NCBI GenBank assembly: GCA_023267595.1
Contig: JAHFNB010000003.1
Coordinates: 2,165-66,164 of the forward strand
DNA length: 64,000 nt
Origin: a bacterium
GTDB taxonomy: Bacteria > Patescibacteriota > Minisyncoccia > Phycocordibacterales > UBA5272
Direction: 5' to 3'
Shown here: piece after piece, positions 17,794 to 27,392 of the stretch
How positions within the stretch are numbered: position 1 is the stretch's first letter
Layout: each line of letters starts with the position of its first letter
Translations under genes and position numbers: made by a program
The notes under the pieces: generated by a model
Seen by the model: only the letters and a program-made list of their open reading frames with translations
Databases searched by the model: none
What the model was told of the DNA's origin: nothing

Positions 17794-19068
17794 ATGTTAG
17801 ACATCAAATTTATTCGCGAAAATAGCGAACTTATTAAACTGGCTGCAACCAAAAAACATCTTTCATTTAATGTCGATGAATTGGTAAAGGTAGATACAGA
17901 ACGGTTAAATCTTTTAAAAGTAGTAGAAGATTTACGAGGAGAACAAAATCGAGCAAGTGAAGAAATTGCAAAATCAAGTGGTGAAGAGAGAAATGGTTTG
18001 ATAGAATCTATGCGCCGCGTGAAAGAAGATCTCAAGAAAAAAGAAGAAGAATTAGAAGACGTTATGAAAAGTTGGCGAGTACTCATGTTATCAGTGCCAA
18101 ATATTCCAGATGTTTCAGTTCCAGAAGGAGCAAGTGATGCAGATAATAAAGAAGTAAAAAAATGGGGGACTATACCAACTTTTTCATTCACACCACTTGA
18201 TCATATAGCACTCATGGAAGGTCAGGATATGGTAGATTTTGAGCGTGGTACCAAGACTTCTGGGTTTCGTGGGTATTTCCTCAAAAATGATGCTGCTATG
18301 CTAGAAATGGCAATTTGGCAATACATTATGAATACGTGGCAGACAAAAGGTTTTATACCAATGCTTGTTCCTTCACTTGTTAAACGTGAAGCATTATTAG
18401 GTACAGGATATTTACCTCAAGGTGAAGATGATTTGTATAAAGATGGTAATGATTATTTTGCAGGAACAGGCGAGGTTGCCACTATGTTTTTTCATAGCGA
18501 TGAAGTATTGGAACAATCATCTCTTCCAAAAAAATATATTGTGTGGAGTCCATGTTTTCGTAAAGAAGCAGGAAGTCATGGTAAAGATGTAAAAGGTCTC
18601 ATTCGTGTTCATGAATTTTATAAATGCGAACAAGTGGTTTTATGTGAAGCATCTCATGAACAATCAGTAACATACCATGAAGAAATTACACGTAACGCAG
18701 AAGAAATGATGGAAGCACTAGGACTTCCATACCATACAGTTGCAAATTGTGGTGGAGATCTTGGTTTGGGACAAGTAAAAAAATATGACATTGAAGTGTG
18801 GATGCCTTCTCAAGAGAAATATCGAGAGACACATTCTGCAAGTTATTTTCACGATTTTCAAACACGACGTTTAAATATTCGTTACAAGGATACTGAAGGA
18901 AAACTTCTCTACACTCATTCACTTAATAATACTGCAGGTGCAACACCACGCCTTGTTACAGCAATTATAGAAAATTATCAACAGGCAGACGGAACCATCA
19001 AAGTACCTGATGTACTTGTACCTTTTATGAATGGAAAAACGATACTCGGAAAATCTTTCCGTTCATAA
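17794..19068 (+). CDS. serS: Seryl-tRNA synthetase
   Basis: MLDIKFIRENSELIK N-terminus, coiled-coil arm, class II aaRS core (GTGEVATMFFH, FRKEAGSHGKDVKGLIRVHEF, NNTAGATPRL). Confidence 0.9.
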   Translation: MLDIKFIRENSELIKLAATKKHLSFNVDELVKVDTERLNLLKVVEDLRGEQNRASEEIAKSSGEERNGLIESMRRVKEDLKKKEEELEDVMKSWRVLMLSVPNIPDVSVPEGASDADNKEVKKWGTIPTFSFTPLDHIALMEGQDMVDFERGTKTSGFRGYFLKNDAAMLEMAIWQYIMNTWQTKGFIPMLVPSLVKREALLGTGYLPQGEDDLYKDGNDYFAGTGEVATMFFHSDEVLEQSSLPKKYIVWSPCFRKEAGSHGKDVKGLIRVHEFYKCEQVVLCEASHEQSVTYHEEITRNAEEMMEALGLPYHTVANCGGDLGLGQVKKYDIEVWMPSQEKYRETHSASYFHDFQTRRLNIRYKDTEGKLLYTHSLNNTAGATPRLVTAIIENYQQADGTIKVPDVLVPFMNGKTILGKSFRS

Positions 19069-19930
19069 TATTATGAAGAAGAGACGACGTATTCTCTGGA
19101 AAAAAGTCGGTTTCTATAGTTTTATATTTATTACTATGGTAGCACTTTTTTATATAGCCTTTAGAACACCACTATTTACGATTACATCCTATGAATTACT
19201 AGGAGTTCCACAAGAAAATGAATCTATTATTAGAAGTCGATTAGAAGAAATCGCACAAAAACCACTGTATAAAATATTTCCGAGTAATAGAATATTTTCA
19301 TATCGCAAGTTGTATATTAAATCTTTAATTACAGAAATAGTGCCCACAACAGAAACTATAACCTTATTTCCAGTAGGTTTGCACACATTGCGTATAACGG
19401 TGACACCATATACACCACTTTTTAGTATTGATGATACCCATGCAATCACAAAAGATGGAGTTATCTATGAAGTACAGAAATCAAAACTTGATTTACCAAT
19501 TTTTGAAAGTGCCTCATCAACAACAAAGACGTTTCAAAGAGAAGGTGTGACTGTGGTAATACTAGATGATAAAACTGTAGAACTACTTTCTCCTATCGCA
19601 ACCTTAGTAGAAAAAATAGACTCTGTACTATTTCCTGTTTTTAAAATTACTATTGACGGGTTTGGTGACGTCAAGTTATTTGATAAGCAAGAAAAAAGTA
19701 TGGTACTTATTGCTTCAAGTAATGATATGAAAAAAGTCTGGTCTAATCTTTTAAGTGCAATAGATACTGAACCACTCAAATCAAAGTTAGTAAAAGATAA
19801 AAATAATTTACTGTATCTTGATACTCGATTCGGAAATAAAGTTTTTTATAAGTTTACAAATATCCCCAAGACAGATATAATCCCATCCTATGTTGCTACT
19901 ACGACATCTTCAACGACTATTTCACATTAG
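19031..19930 (+). CDS. Membrane protein, possibly FtsQ/DivIB-like (N-terminal TM plus POTRA-like segment)
   Basis: Basic N-terminus then TM helix (VGFYSFIFITMVALFYIAF), followed by ITSYELLGVPQENESIIRSRLEEI, reminiscent of a POTRA domain. Overlaps the serS end by 38 nt. Confidence 0.35.
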   Translation: MEKRYSENLSVHNIMKKRRRILWKKVGFYSFIFITMVALFYIAFRTPLFTITSYELLGVPQENESIIRSRLEEIAQKPLYKIFPSNRIFSYRKLYIKSLITEIVPTTETITLFPVGLHTLRITVTPYTPLFSIDDTHAITKDGVIYEVQKSKLDLPIFESASSTTKTFQREGVTVVILDDKTVELLSPIATLVEKIDSVLFPVFKITIDGFGDVKLFDKQEKSMVLIASSNDMKKVWSNLLSAIDTEPLKSKLVKDKNNLLYLDTRFGNKVFYKFTNIPKTDIIPSYVATTTSSTTISH

Positions 19931-19952
19931 TCTAAATATACAGAAAGTAACC

Positions 19953-20996
19953 ATGAATCCAGTTCGTGGTTTTTGGCAACGTCTTATTGATGAAAAACTA
20001 AGTAACGGTGATCCATTAGTTGTTGTTGCACCTATGGCAGATGTTACCGATGTTGCATTTCGTAGTATGATTGCAAAGTATTCAAACATGGGGGAAATAG
20101 ATGGTGGGCCAGATGTGATGTGGACTGAGTTTGTTTCGGCAAATGGATTATGTAGTAATGGAAGAGAAATATTGAAACGAGATCTTGAGTATTCAGAGTT
20201 AGAACGTCCTATTGTTGCACAGTTATTTACTTCAACTCCTGAAAATATGAGACAAGCAGCAGTACTATGTCGCCAACTTGGATTTGATGGTATTGATATT
20301 AATATGGGATGTCCTGATAAAAGTATCGAAAAACAAGGTGCTGGTGCAGGTCATATCAAAGATTGGAAAACCGCCCAAGCAGTAATACGTGCTGCACAAG
20401 AGGGGGCAGGAAACATCCCTGTTTCAGTGAAAACTCGTCTTGGATATAACAAAGTAGAAATCATGCAGTGGCTACCAAAATTACTCGAATGTAATATTCC
20501 AGTGCTTACTGTACATCTTCGTACAAGAAAAGAGATGTCAAAAGTAGATGCACATTGGGATATGATGCCAGAGATTGTAAAACTTGTTCGAGAGATGACA
20601 GGAGAAGTAAAAGATGGTGGGACTATTATATTAGGAAATGGTGATATTACGTCAGTAAAAGATGGAAAAGAAAAAGCACGTATTACTGGGTGTGATGGTG
20701 TCATGATTGGGCGAGGAATATTTGGTACACCATGGTTTTTTAATGAAGCAGAGTTTGAAAAAGGAAAATCTGTAGAAGAACGGTTACGTATATTAGTTGA
20801 ACATACAAAGTTATATGAAGAAAAACTAGGTGATATAAAAAGTTTTGCAATTATGAAGAAGCATTATAAAGCCTACGTAAATGGATTTGATGGTGCAAAA
20901 GAACTTCGTATGGAGTTGATGGAATGTAACAATGCAAAAGAAATAGAAGAAAGAATAAATGCTTATCTAATAGAAAATAAAAAACTGGCGGTGTGA
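19953..20996 (+). CDS. dus: tRNA-dihydrouridine synthase (Dus family). ORF is open from 19890; Met 19953 is the likely start.
   Basis: VVAPMADVTDVAFR, DGIDINMGCPDKS, LTVHLRTRKEMSKVDAHW and ILGNGDITS...GCDGVMIGRG match the Dus TIM-barrel with catalytic Cys. Confidence 0.85.
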   Translation: MNPVRGFWQRLIDEKLSNGDPLVVVAPMADVTDVAFRSMIAKYSNMGEIDGGPDVMWTEFVSANGLCSNGREILKRDLEYSELERPIVAQLFTSTPENMRQAAVLCRQLGFDGIDINMGCPDKSIEKQGAGAGHIKDWKTAQAVIRAAQEGAGNIPVSVKTRLGYNKVEIMQWLPKLLECNIPVLTVHLRTRKEMSKVDAHWDMMPEIVKLVREMTGEVKDGGTIILGNGDITSVKDGKEKARITGCDGVMIGRGIFGTPWFFNEAEFEKGKSVEERLRILVEHTKLYEEKLGDIKSFAIMKKHYKAYVNGFDGAKELRMELMECNNAKEIEERINAYLIENKKLAV

Positions 20997-21031
20997 TACC
21001 CGCCAGTTCGTCGCCTTATATTTTTGGCGAC
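20985..21031. terminator. Tandem hairpins forming a bidirectional terminator between dus (+) and a small minus-strand gene
   Basis: ctggcgg-tgtgatac-ccgccag followed by gtcgcc-ttatattttt-ggcgac. On the minus strand hairpin 1 is followed by TTTTTATTTT. Confidence 0.65.
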
Positions 21032-21246
21032 CACAATCCCACAAGCAAACGCTCGTGAATGGGACGCTTCAAGCGTTCACGAATTAGGGCTGAAGTAGCC
21101 TCTTTTTTCGTGTTGAAGGGATAGTATTCTCCATCTCCAGCAACCCATGCTTCTTCGTTGGTGTAACTCACCATTGCCCACTGCTCGGGCTTTATACCGA
21201 AGAAGTTAAACGAAGAGATATCTTTACTGCCTTGTGCGAGCGGCAT
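21016..21246 (-). CDS. Hypothetical small protein
   Basis: 76 aa. Terminated by the tandem hairpin terminator above. No family recognised. Confidence 0.35.
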   Translation of the reverse strand: MPLAQGSKDISSFNFFGIKPEQWAMVSYTNEEAWVAGDGEYYPFNTKKEATSALIRERLKRPIHERLLVGLWSPKI

Positions 21247-21462
21247 ATCTTTCTCCTATGGATGATGTTGAACCCCAACATCTAAGGTACTTCACTGAGC
21301 ACTTGAATCAGTGCCAAATTTATCCCAAAAGAAAGAACTACCATTACGCACAAATGGTAATGTAACATATATTATATTATTTGTCAATAAATACAAAGAA
21401 AAGACTTATATATTTATTGATGTTAGGATACAAGCAGAATAGTTTTTGATAAGGGAGTAATC

Positions 21463-21711
21463 ATGCTTAATGCGCAGATGGTTCAAAAAGGGGTTCCTCT
21501 TGGTATCGGATCATTTTCTTATGTGCCACCAGTAAAAAAAGGACAGCACCTTGTCGCAGTGCTTACAATTGCCAGTGGTACAAAAATGGCTATTGAAATC
21601 ATTGACGAAAAAACATTTTATGATGTTGGAATATTTTGTGTCACCCATGTTGGGACAGGATATGCTTTTTTCTTACTTGGCGAAGAAGAATTCAAATCCT
21701 GTATTACTTAA
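21463..21711 (+). CDS. Hypothetical small protein
   Basis: 82 aa. Sits upstream of dnaX on the same strand. Confidence 0.35.
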   Translation: MLNAQMVQKGVPLGIGSFSYVPPVKKGQHLVAVLTIASGTKMAIEIIDEKTFYDVGIFCVTHVGTGYAFFLLGEEEFKSCIT

Positions 21712-21770
21712 ACTGCTCATGAGTGAAATCTGGAGCAGTTTTTTATTATAAAAATGATATAATTATCCTC

Positions 21771-22784
21771 ATGAAATCCCATCTCGCTCTCTATCGTAAA
21801 TATCGTCCAGAAACTTTTTCAGATGTTGTTGGTCAAGAGCACATAGTCACATTACTCACAACTTCTATTAAACAAAAGAAAATATCTCACGCGTATTTAT
21901 TTTGTGGGGGTCGTGGTACAGGAAAGACAACGGTAGCAAGAATCGTAGCAAAAGACATTGGATGTAATCCTGAAGATATTATTGAAATAGATGCAGCCTC
22001 TAATCGCGGAATAGATGAAATACGAGCATTACGAGATGCTGTGCGTACTTCACCTTTTTCATCACCGTATAAGGTTTATATTATTGATGAAGCACACATG
22101 CTCACTAAGGAAGCAGCAAATGCACTACTTAAAACATTAGAGGAACCACCATCACACGTTATCTTTATTCTTGCAACAACAGATCCTGAAAAATTACCAC
22201 AAACAATAGTTTCTCGATGTCAAAAAATTGTCTTTCAAAATCCAAGTAGAGAAACATTAGCCCTCCATTTAATGAACATCGCCTTAGAAGAAGGTTTTAA
22301 ACTAGATAATAAAACTGCTCTTACTATTGCATCACATGGTAAAGGATCATTTCGTGATTCTCTTGGAATATTAGAACAGGTTATATCTACAAGTGGAAAG
22401 ACAATCGTTTATGAAGATGTGACACATTTGTTAGGTACTCCAGAAAAAGAAGCACTTATCATATTACTGGGTGCAGTATGTACTAAAAATCAAAAGACTG
22501 TTGTGGAGACAATACATGTATTGTCATCCAAAACAGATAGTCTGCGTGCTTATGATGAGTTTATTGAACTTGTTCAACAAGCACTCTATATACGAATAGG
22601 TGAAGGTAAAAAGGGTGATAGTAAGGAGGATACAGAATTAATACGTCTAGCAAGTGAATACCCACGTGTCATTGCCTCAAAATTAGTCCTAGAACTACTC
22701 AGTAAACGTCATCTACTTGAAGTATCAACTAGCCATGCATCGCTTGCTTTTACAGCAATTTTACTATCACTTATAGAAGACTAG
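21771..22784 (+). CDS. dnaX: DNA polymerase III subunit gamma/tau (short form). ORF is open from a GTG at 21723.
   Basis: LYRKYRPETFSDVVGQEHI, Walker A GGRGTGKTT, DEAH-like IIDEAHML, sensor motifs LLKTLEEPP and SRCQ. Confidence 0.8.
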   Translation: MKSHLALYRKYRPETFSDVVGQEHIVTLLTTSIKQKKISHAYLFCGGRGTGKTTVARIVAKDIGCNPEDIIEIDAASNRGIDEIRALRDAVRTSPFSSPYKVYIIDEAHMLTKEAANALLKTLEEPPSHVIFILATTDPEKLPQTIVSRCQKIVFQNPSRETLALHLMNIALEEGFKLDNKTALTIASHGKGSFRDSLGILEQVISTSGKTIVYEDVTHLLGTPEKEALIILLGAVCTKNQKTVVETIHVLSSKTDSLRAYDEFIELVQQALYIRIGEGKKGDSKEDTELIRLASEYPRVIASKLVLELLSKRHLLEVSTSHASLAFTAILLSLIED

Positions 22785-22795
22785 TTGAGGGGTAC

Positions 22796-22824
22796 TTGAC
22801 AAAAATAGTATAGGGTGCTATACT
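22796..22824 (+). promoter_or_regulatory. Near-consensus sigma70-type promoter: TTGACA, 17-bp spacer, TGcTATACT (extended -10)
   Basis: ttgaca at 22796-22801, 17-nt spacer, tatact at 22819-22824 with TG at -15/-14. Predicted TSS near 22831. Confidence 0.6.
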
Positions 22825-22830
22825 GTATCT

Positions 22831-22980
22831 ATTCTGATCTTTCGAGGGAGGCAAAGCATGGGTAAGACCTTGCAAGTCTCGTTGTACAGCCCATAAGACC
22901 GTAAGGTCCTAAATTGGGTAGAGGGCAGGGCAGAGGACCAAACAGCCCCGGCGTGCCAATTCGCCGGGGCTGCTTTTTTT
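22831..22980 (+). ncRNA. Candidate ~150-nt structured small RNA of unknown class, bounded by a consensus promoter and an 11-bp-stem intrinsic terminator
   Basis: No plus-strand ORF with an RBS. Several internal hairpins (ATGGG...CCCAT; AGACC-TTGCA-AGTCT; GGTCCT...AGGACC). Ends with cagccccggcg-tgccaatt-cgccggggctg followed by TTTTTTT. Confidence 0.45.
22943..22980. terminator. Intrinsic terminator (strong on + strand; also abuts the stop of the minus-strand gene 22979..23407)
   Basis: 11-bp GC-rich stem, 8-nt loop, 7 T residues. Confidence 0.8.
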
Positions 22981-23407
22981 ACTCTGGAATAAGAAAGAAT
23001 GCTGCAACGATTGCTCCAATCCATGAAATAGTAGATATGGCACCACTTATAAGAAGGGGTGCTTTTTCTCGTGTAGAAAGTGAGATAAATGTTTTTTCTG
23101 TTGCAATGTGTGATATTTTCCCAATCACAAGCCCATTAATAATAAGTGTAAAAACAAATCCCATTTTAATATAAAATTGTGGACGAGTTAAAAGAAATTC
23201 TCTCATTGGATAAAATAAGACACTACCCGTTATAATCATAAGTCCTAACCCAATCCATGTACCATGATGATATGTGCTGATATCTTTCTTTGACAATAGT
23301 TGTTCTTTTCCTGTCATCCATAAGAATCCAGCATGATCTGCACGAATAACATTCCATGCAACATAGAGTAGTGATAGTAAATGAAGAGGTAAAAATAGTT
23401 GACTCAT
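22979..23407 (-). CDS. Hypothetical polytopic membrane protein
   Basis: 142 aa with 4 predicted TM helices. 6 nt downstream of the cytochrome b5-domain gene on the same strand. Confidence 0.5.
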   Translation of the reverse strand: MSQLFLPLHLLSLLYVAWNVIRADHAGFLWMTGKEQLLSKKDISTYHHGTWIGLGLMIITGSVLFYPMREFLLTRPQFYIKMGFVFTLIINGLVIGKISHIATEKTFISLSTREKAPLLISGAISTISWIGAIVAAFFLIPE

Positions 23408-23413
23408 AGAAAA

Positions 23414-23911
23414 TTATTTACAGACAAATTGACAGTTTGGTCCACTTCTTCCGACGTATGTTCCATCTGGACACATTTTTGCATCCATAGTACACGCAAC
23501 AGGTGAAGAAGTTTGACCTACTGTTCCGATTTTAAATGTTGTTAGTTTTGCATTTGGTTTTGAAGCACCACCGTGTTGTAAATTAAATGCAGTAGATCCA
23601 TCACGTCCACAAATCGCAAGTATTGCCAGTTTTCCACCGGGATGTTTGTTGATCCATGTTGTTAAATCATAGACACTACCGTTAATAATTGCGTAACACG
23701 ATTCCGCAGTATTATGTGTTTTCACATCTTCTACAGTAAATGTTTTTGACGGAATTACTTGTGGTGTAGTAGTTGCATTTGGGTTAATAGATTCTTGTTG
23801 AGAAGAATTATTTACTGAAGAAACTGGGGAATAAGCACTTTCTTTTGTATAGATGTAGAGTCCCCCTATGAAAAGTAATGTAAGAACTAGATAGGTAATA
23901 ATTTTCTTCAT
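23414..23911 (-). CDS. Cytochrome b5-like haem-binding domain protein (N-terminal anchor, C-terminal Cys-rich tail)
   Basis: FTVEDVKTHNTAESCYAIINGSVYDLTTWINKHPGG matches the cyt b5 HPGG haem-ligand motif. Four Cys in the last 30 residues. Confidence 0.6.
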   Translation of the reverse strand: MKKIITYLVLTLLFIGGLYIYTKESAYSPVSSVNNSSQQESINPNATTTPQVIPSKTFTVEDVKTHNTAESCYAIINGSVYDLTTWINKHPGGKLAILAICGRDGSTAFNLQHGGASKPNAKLTTFKIGTVGQTSSPVACTMDAKMCPDGTYVGRSGPNCQFVCK

Positions 23912-23997
23912 AATTAACTGCAGTATACTATAAAATACGTAGTGTAAGGATACTTTCTTTCGCTCTTTATGTACATAGCATATACTAGAAGGTATTT

Positions 23998-25074
23998 ATG
24001 TTAGATACATTTAAATCTTTAAAAATCTATACTGCCCATTCAACTACTATTATCTTTCTAGCAGGATTTTTGTTTGATATGGTGATGTTGCCAGACTTAG
24101 ATGATCCTTTTGCACGATATGTTGGATTTGGGTATTTATGTGCGGTTGCACTACTTATCATGTTTCGGGAATGGGTTATTTCACAAAATAAGGCCACTCT
24201 TTTTGAGCAACGTACTTACTCTGTTGCAACTTTTTTAATATCATATTGTTCAGGTGCAGCATTATCATTTGTTTTTATTTACGCATTACGTAGTGCTGCT
24301 TTTTCAGTTAGTTGGCCACTCTTTTTAATCCTTGCATTATGTATTGGATTAAACGAACTAGTTTCAACACACAATTTACGTTTTAACTTAGATATCGGTA
24401 TTCTTTTATTTGCTATCTTGTTTTATACAATATTTAATACACCACTATTTCTTGGAGTCCAAAATAATTTTAGTTTTTTGGTAAGTATTGCCGTATCTAT
24501 GGGGGTGTCTCTTATCTATATTTATTTTTTACAATTTACTTCAGAGAATGCTACACATGAAGCACCTCGTGGGTATGCACTTGCCATAGGTATTCCTATG
24601 TTTGTCGGAATGCTCTATATGTTAAATATAATCCCTGCAGTTCCTTTGTCACTTAAGGAGGGTGGTGTATATCACTCAATCAAACGTGTTACATCAGGTG
24701 AGTTTATTGGTAATCAAGAAGTAGACACTCGAATACTTGCACGTTATCGTACTCCTACATTTCATCTGACGCCAGAAGATACAGGAGTGTATTTCTTTTC
24801 TGCAGTAAATGCACCGGCAGAATTATCTGCTCCAATATCACATGTATGGGAGTATTATGATGTCATAAAACAAGAGTGGATACCTACAACAAAAGTCTCT
24901 TTTACTCTAGATGGGGGACGAGAAGATGGTTATCGCGCATATTCCAAAAAAGATGCAATTACCGATGGATTATGGCGAGTAACGGTAATGGTAGATGATA
25001 AGCGTGTTGTTGGGAGAGTAAAGTTTAATGTAGTACATTCTCCTCCTGCTTCTCTAGTAGAAATTAAACTTTAA
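23998..25074 (+). CDS. Polytopic membrane protein with C-terminal soluble beta-rich domain
   Basis: ~6 TM helices over residues 1-220, then a hydrophilic ~130-aa domain. No family assigned. Confidence 0.5.
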   Translation: MLDTFKSLKIYTAHSTTIIFLAGFLFDMVMLPDLDDPFARYVGFGYLCAVALLIMFREWVISQNKATLFEQRTYSVATFLISYCSGAALSFVFIYALRSAAFSVSWPLFLILALCIGLNELVSTHNLRFNLDIGILLFAILFYTIFNTPLFLGVQNNFSFLVSIAVSMGVSLIYIYFLQFTSENATHEAPRGYALAIGIPMFVGMLYMLNIIPAVPLSLKEGGVYHSIKRVTSGEFIGNQEVDTRILARYRTPTFHLTPEDTGVYFFSAVNAPAELSAPISHVWEYYDVIKQEWIPTTKVSFTLDGGREDGYRAYSKKDAITDGLWRVTVMVDDKRVVGRVKFNVVHSPPASLVEIKL

Positions 25075-25958
25075 AGCAGGTTGCAACGTATTCGTAAATC
25101 ACGAATATCTTCTGTACTTGGTGTGAGTGTATTACTTTGATTAAGCATATACATAATAGACTTTGGATTATCGTTATGATTAAGTGAAAGCGCATGTCCT
25201 AATTCATGTGCAAGTACACGAATTAGTTTTTCTTTAGTACCAAACTCATATATCGTAATAGTTTTTGTATTTGGGTCATACGTTCCTTCTTCAAATTCTT
25301 TTCCTGCAGTTTTATTTATGGTTGTAATTTTCGCATTAGCATTATCTATTAAAAGGTTATAGGTATGGATAAAAGTATTAATAGAATCAACAAGTGTGTT
25401 TAATGCTACTCTTTTTTGTTCTAGTGTTGTATATGTTGTTTGTAACGATGTATGTTCTTGTACAAGTGCATCGTATATATCAGATGGCGCTCCACCATGA
25501 GCATTCCAGTAGGTAACTTTGGCATTATATGCAGTTTGTTCTTGTTCAAACTGATGTACAAGATTTGTATAAATTCTTTCATCAGAAGTATAAGTATTTT
25601 GAAGAGAAGTATATTGTTGTTTTACCGAGAGTGCAGAAGCATTTAATTTTTCTGTATCTGCTTTTAAGATATTATTCTGTTCAGTTGTTTTTTGCCGTGT
25701 ATCATATACAAGATTGACGGTAATAGCACCATTTTCACTATATTCAAAAAGGTTTTTCTCTATAGCCTTTTCCCAGATAGCACTTGCTTGGTTAAGATCT
25801 TCAAGAAATGTTTTTTTACTTATACCAAACTCATCATCAAAGGTACCAAGTGTATACGTGATGACTGAGTTGCACGTATAGTTTTTTTGATAGAAACTAT
25901 AACCATAGTAACCTCCACTTAGAAGTAATATCAAGAGTATAAGTTGAGTCTTTCTCAT
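25071..25958 (-). CDS. Metzincin (matrixin-like, M10-type) zinc metalloprotease with signal anchor and coiled-coil region
   Basis: HELGHALSLNH zinc-binding motif (HExxHxxxxxH) followed by SIMY Met-turn. N-terminal hydrophobic helix. Confidence 0.75.
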   Translation of the reverse strand: MRKTQLILLILLLSGGYYGYSFYQKNYTCNSVITYTLGTFDDEFGISKKTFLEDLNQASAIWEKAIEKNLFEYSENGAITVNLVYDTRQKTTEQNNILKADTEKLNASALSVKQQYTSLQNTYTSDERIYTNLVHQFEQEQTAYNAKVTYWNAHGGAPSDIYDALVQEHTSLQTTYTTLEQKRVALNTLVDSINTFIHTYNLLIDNANAKITTINKTAGKEFEEGTYDPNTKTITIYEFGTKEKLIRVLAHELGHALSLNHNDNPKSIMYMLNQSNTLTPSTEDIRDLRIRCNLL

Positions 25959-26032
25959 ATAAAGAATAATAGCATGTAGATAAAAACCACACAGGAGGTG
26001 TGGTTTTTATTATTCACAATGTAAAACAAAAA

Positions 26033-27136
26033 TTATTTTGTCTTAAACGATACTCTGTCTCCGTAACTTACACCAAGACTATTTTCCGCAACAATTCTGT
26101 AGAAATAATTAGTATTTGATACAAGACTAGAGATGTTAGATGATAAAGGTATATCATTTGTTCCAACACCTGCTGACATATGTGTAGTTGTCTTTAGAAG
26201 GGTAGCACCCAGTAATGAATCAGTACTGTATTCAAACCAGTATATAGTTTGCATACCGTTTGGATTGACTGTTCCTCGTAATGTCGCAGATGTTGTTTTA
26301 AGTGTGTTTGCATCAAGAGTATCAACAAGAGGTTTTGCGGTATCACTTGGACCACTTGTTTTAAAGGTAAATGTTGTTCCTGTAACTGTACCCCAACTAT
26401 TTTGTGCATTAATTCGGAAGTAGTAATTTGTTAGTGGTTCTAAGTTTGTAATTGGAAGAGACACGGATGTTTTCCCATTACTACCTGTTATTGTTTGAAG
26501 TGATGTTGTGTATCCAAAGTTTGAAGTTCTACCATATTCAAACCAGTATTGTGTATTTACTTGATTTGGTGTTACTTCTCCTTGAAGGGTTGCGCTTGTT
26601 CGTGAGATTTCATTACTAGTAAATGTTTTTACCGTTGGTAATGATCCTATTGGACTTGGATTTCCTGCATCTGTAGTAAATGTATATTGAATTCCTGCTA
26701 CTTTACCATATTGATTTTCTGAGACAAGACGATAGTAGTATGTTGTATTTTTATTTAATCCTGTTATATATGCAGGAGAAGTTAGTGCATTATATCCTGA
26801 ACCAATATTTTGCACTACTGTTTTACTTCCTAGATTTTGGGTTATTCCATACTCAAACCAGTAGTTAGTAAAAAACCCATGAGGTACTACAGTACCTGTT
26901 ACAGATGCTGCAAACTCACTTGTTGTTACATTTGGACTGGTGACAGGAATCGGAGCACCTGCTTCTCGTATTGTTGTTGTAGTTGTTGTCGTTACTGAAG
27001 GATTTTTTATACTTATTGGTGTCGTTGTTGACATTGTGTTATCAGTTAGAACAGGAGAGTTTATGTTTACATAGTAAAGAAGCGAACCGACTGCAATAAG
27101 ACCAAGTATTCCTATAAATAAAGTTGTGTTTTTCAT
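26033..27136 (-). CDS. Secreted protein with four tandem fibronectin type III-like domains
   Basis: Signal anchor. Repeating ~90-aa units each with YWFEYG and YY(Y/F)R(L/I)(V/N)(S/A)(E/Q)N motifs. Confidence 0.6.
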   Translation of the reverse strand: MKNTTLFIGILGLIAVGSLLYYVNINSPVLTDNTMSTTTPISIKNPSVTTTTTTTIREAGAPIPVTSPNVTTSEFAASVTGTVVPHGFFTNYWFEYGITQNLGSKTVVQNIGSGYNALTSPAYITGLNKNTTYYYRLVSENQYGKVAGIQYTFTTDAGNPSPIGSLPTVKTFTSNEISRTSATLQGEVTPNQVNTQYWFEYGRTSNFGYTTSLQTITGSNGKTSVSLPITNLEPLTNYYFRINAQNSWGTVTGTTFTFKTSGPSDTAKPLVDTLDANTLKTTSATLRGTVNPNGMQTIYWFEYSTDSLLGATLLKTTTHMSAGVGTNDIPLSSNISSLVSNTNYFYRIVAENSLGVSYGDRVSFKTK

Positions 27137-27392
27137 AATAATAGATGTGTGATATGTTTATGCTCGAATAATACGAAGAAGAAAAAGGACGATAGCAATA
27201 ACAAGAAGTATATGTATGAAACTTCCGATAGTGTATCCAGTAATAATTCCTAGAAGCCAAAGAATAATAAGAACGACTGCAATTGTAGAAAGCATGTATG
27301 TATGATTAAAATGCACATTAATAATTGACTCGTCTGTATAGATTACGCAGTCATGTGTACATATAACGACGTCTGCAAGAGATAAATCTTAC

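Noticed and set aside
22831-22980. Assignment of the dnaX-adjacent RNA to SRP RNA (ffs)
   Set aside because: Synteny with dnaX and the small size are suggestive. I could not locate the conserved helix-8 GNRA tetraloop with the AGG/AGCA symmetric loop by eye, so I left it unclassified rather than calling ffs.
22818-23174. ORFs 22818..23024 (-) and 22914..23174 (+) over the candidate sRNA and terminator
   Set aside because: They lie on a promoter/terminator-bounded structured RNA and overlap the terminator hairpin. 22914..23174 is also antisense to the 22979..23407 membrane-protein gene.
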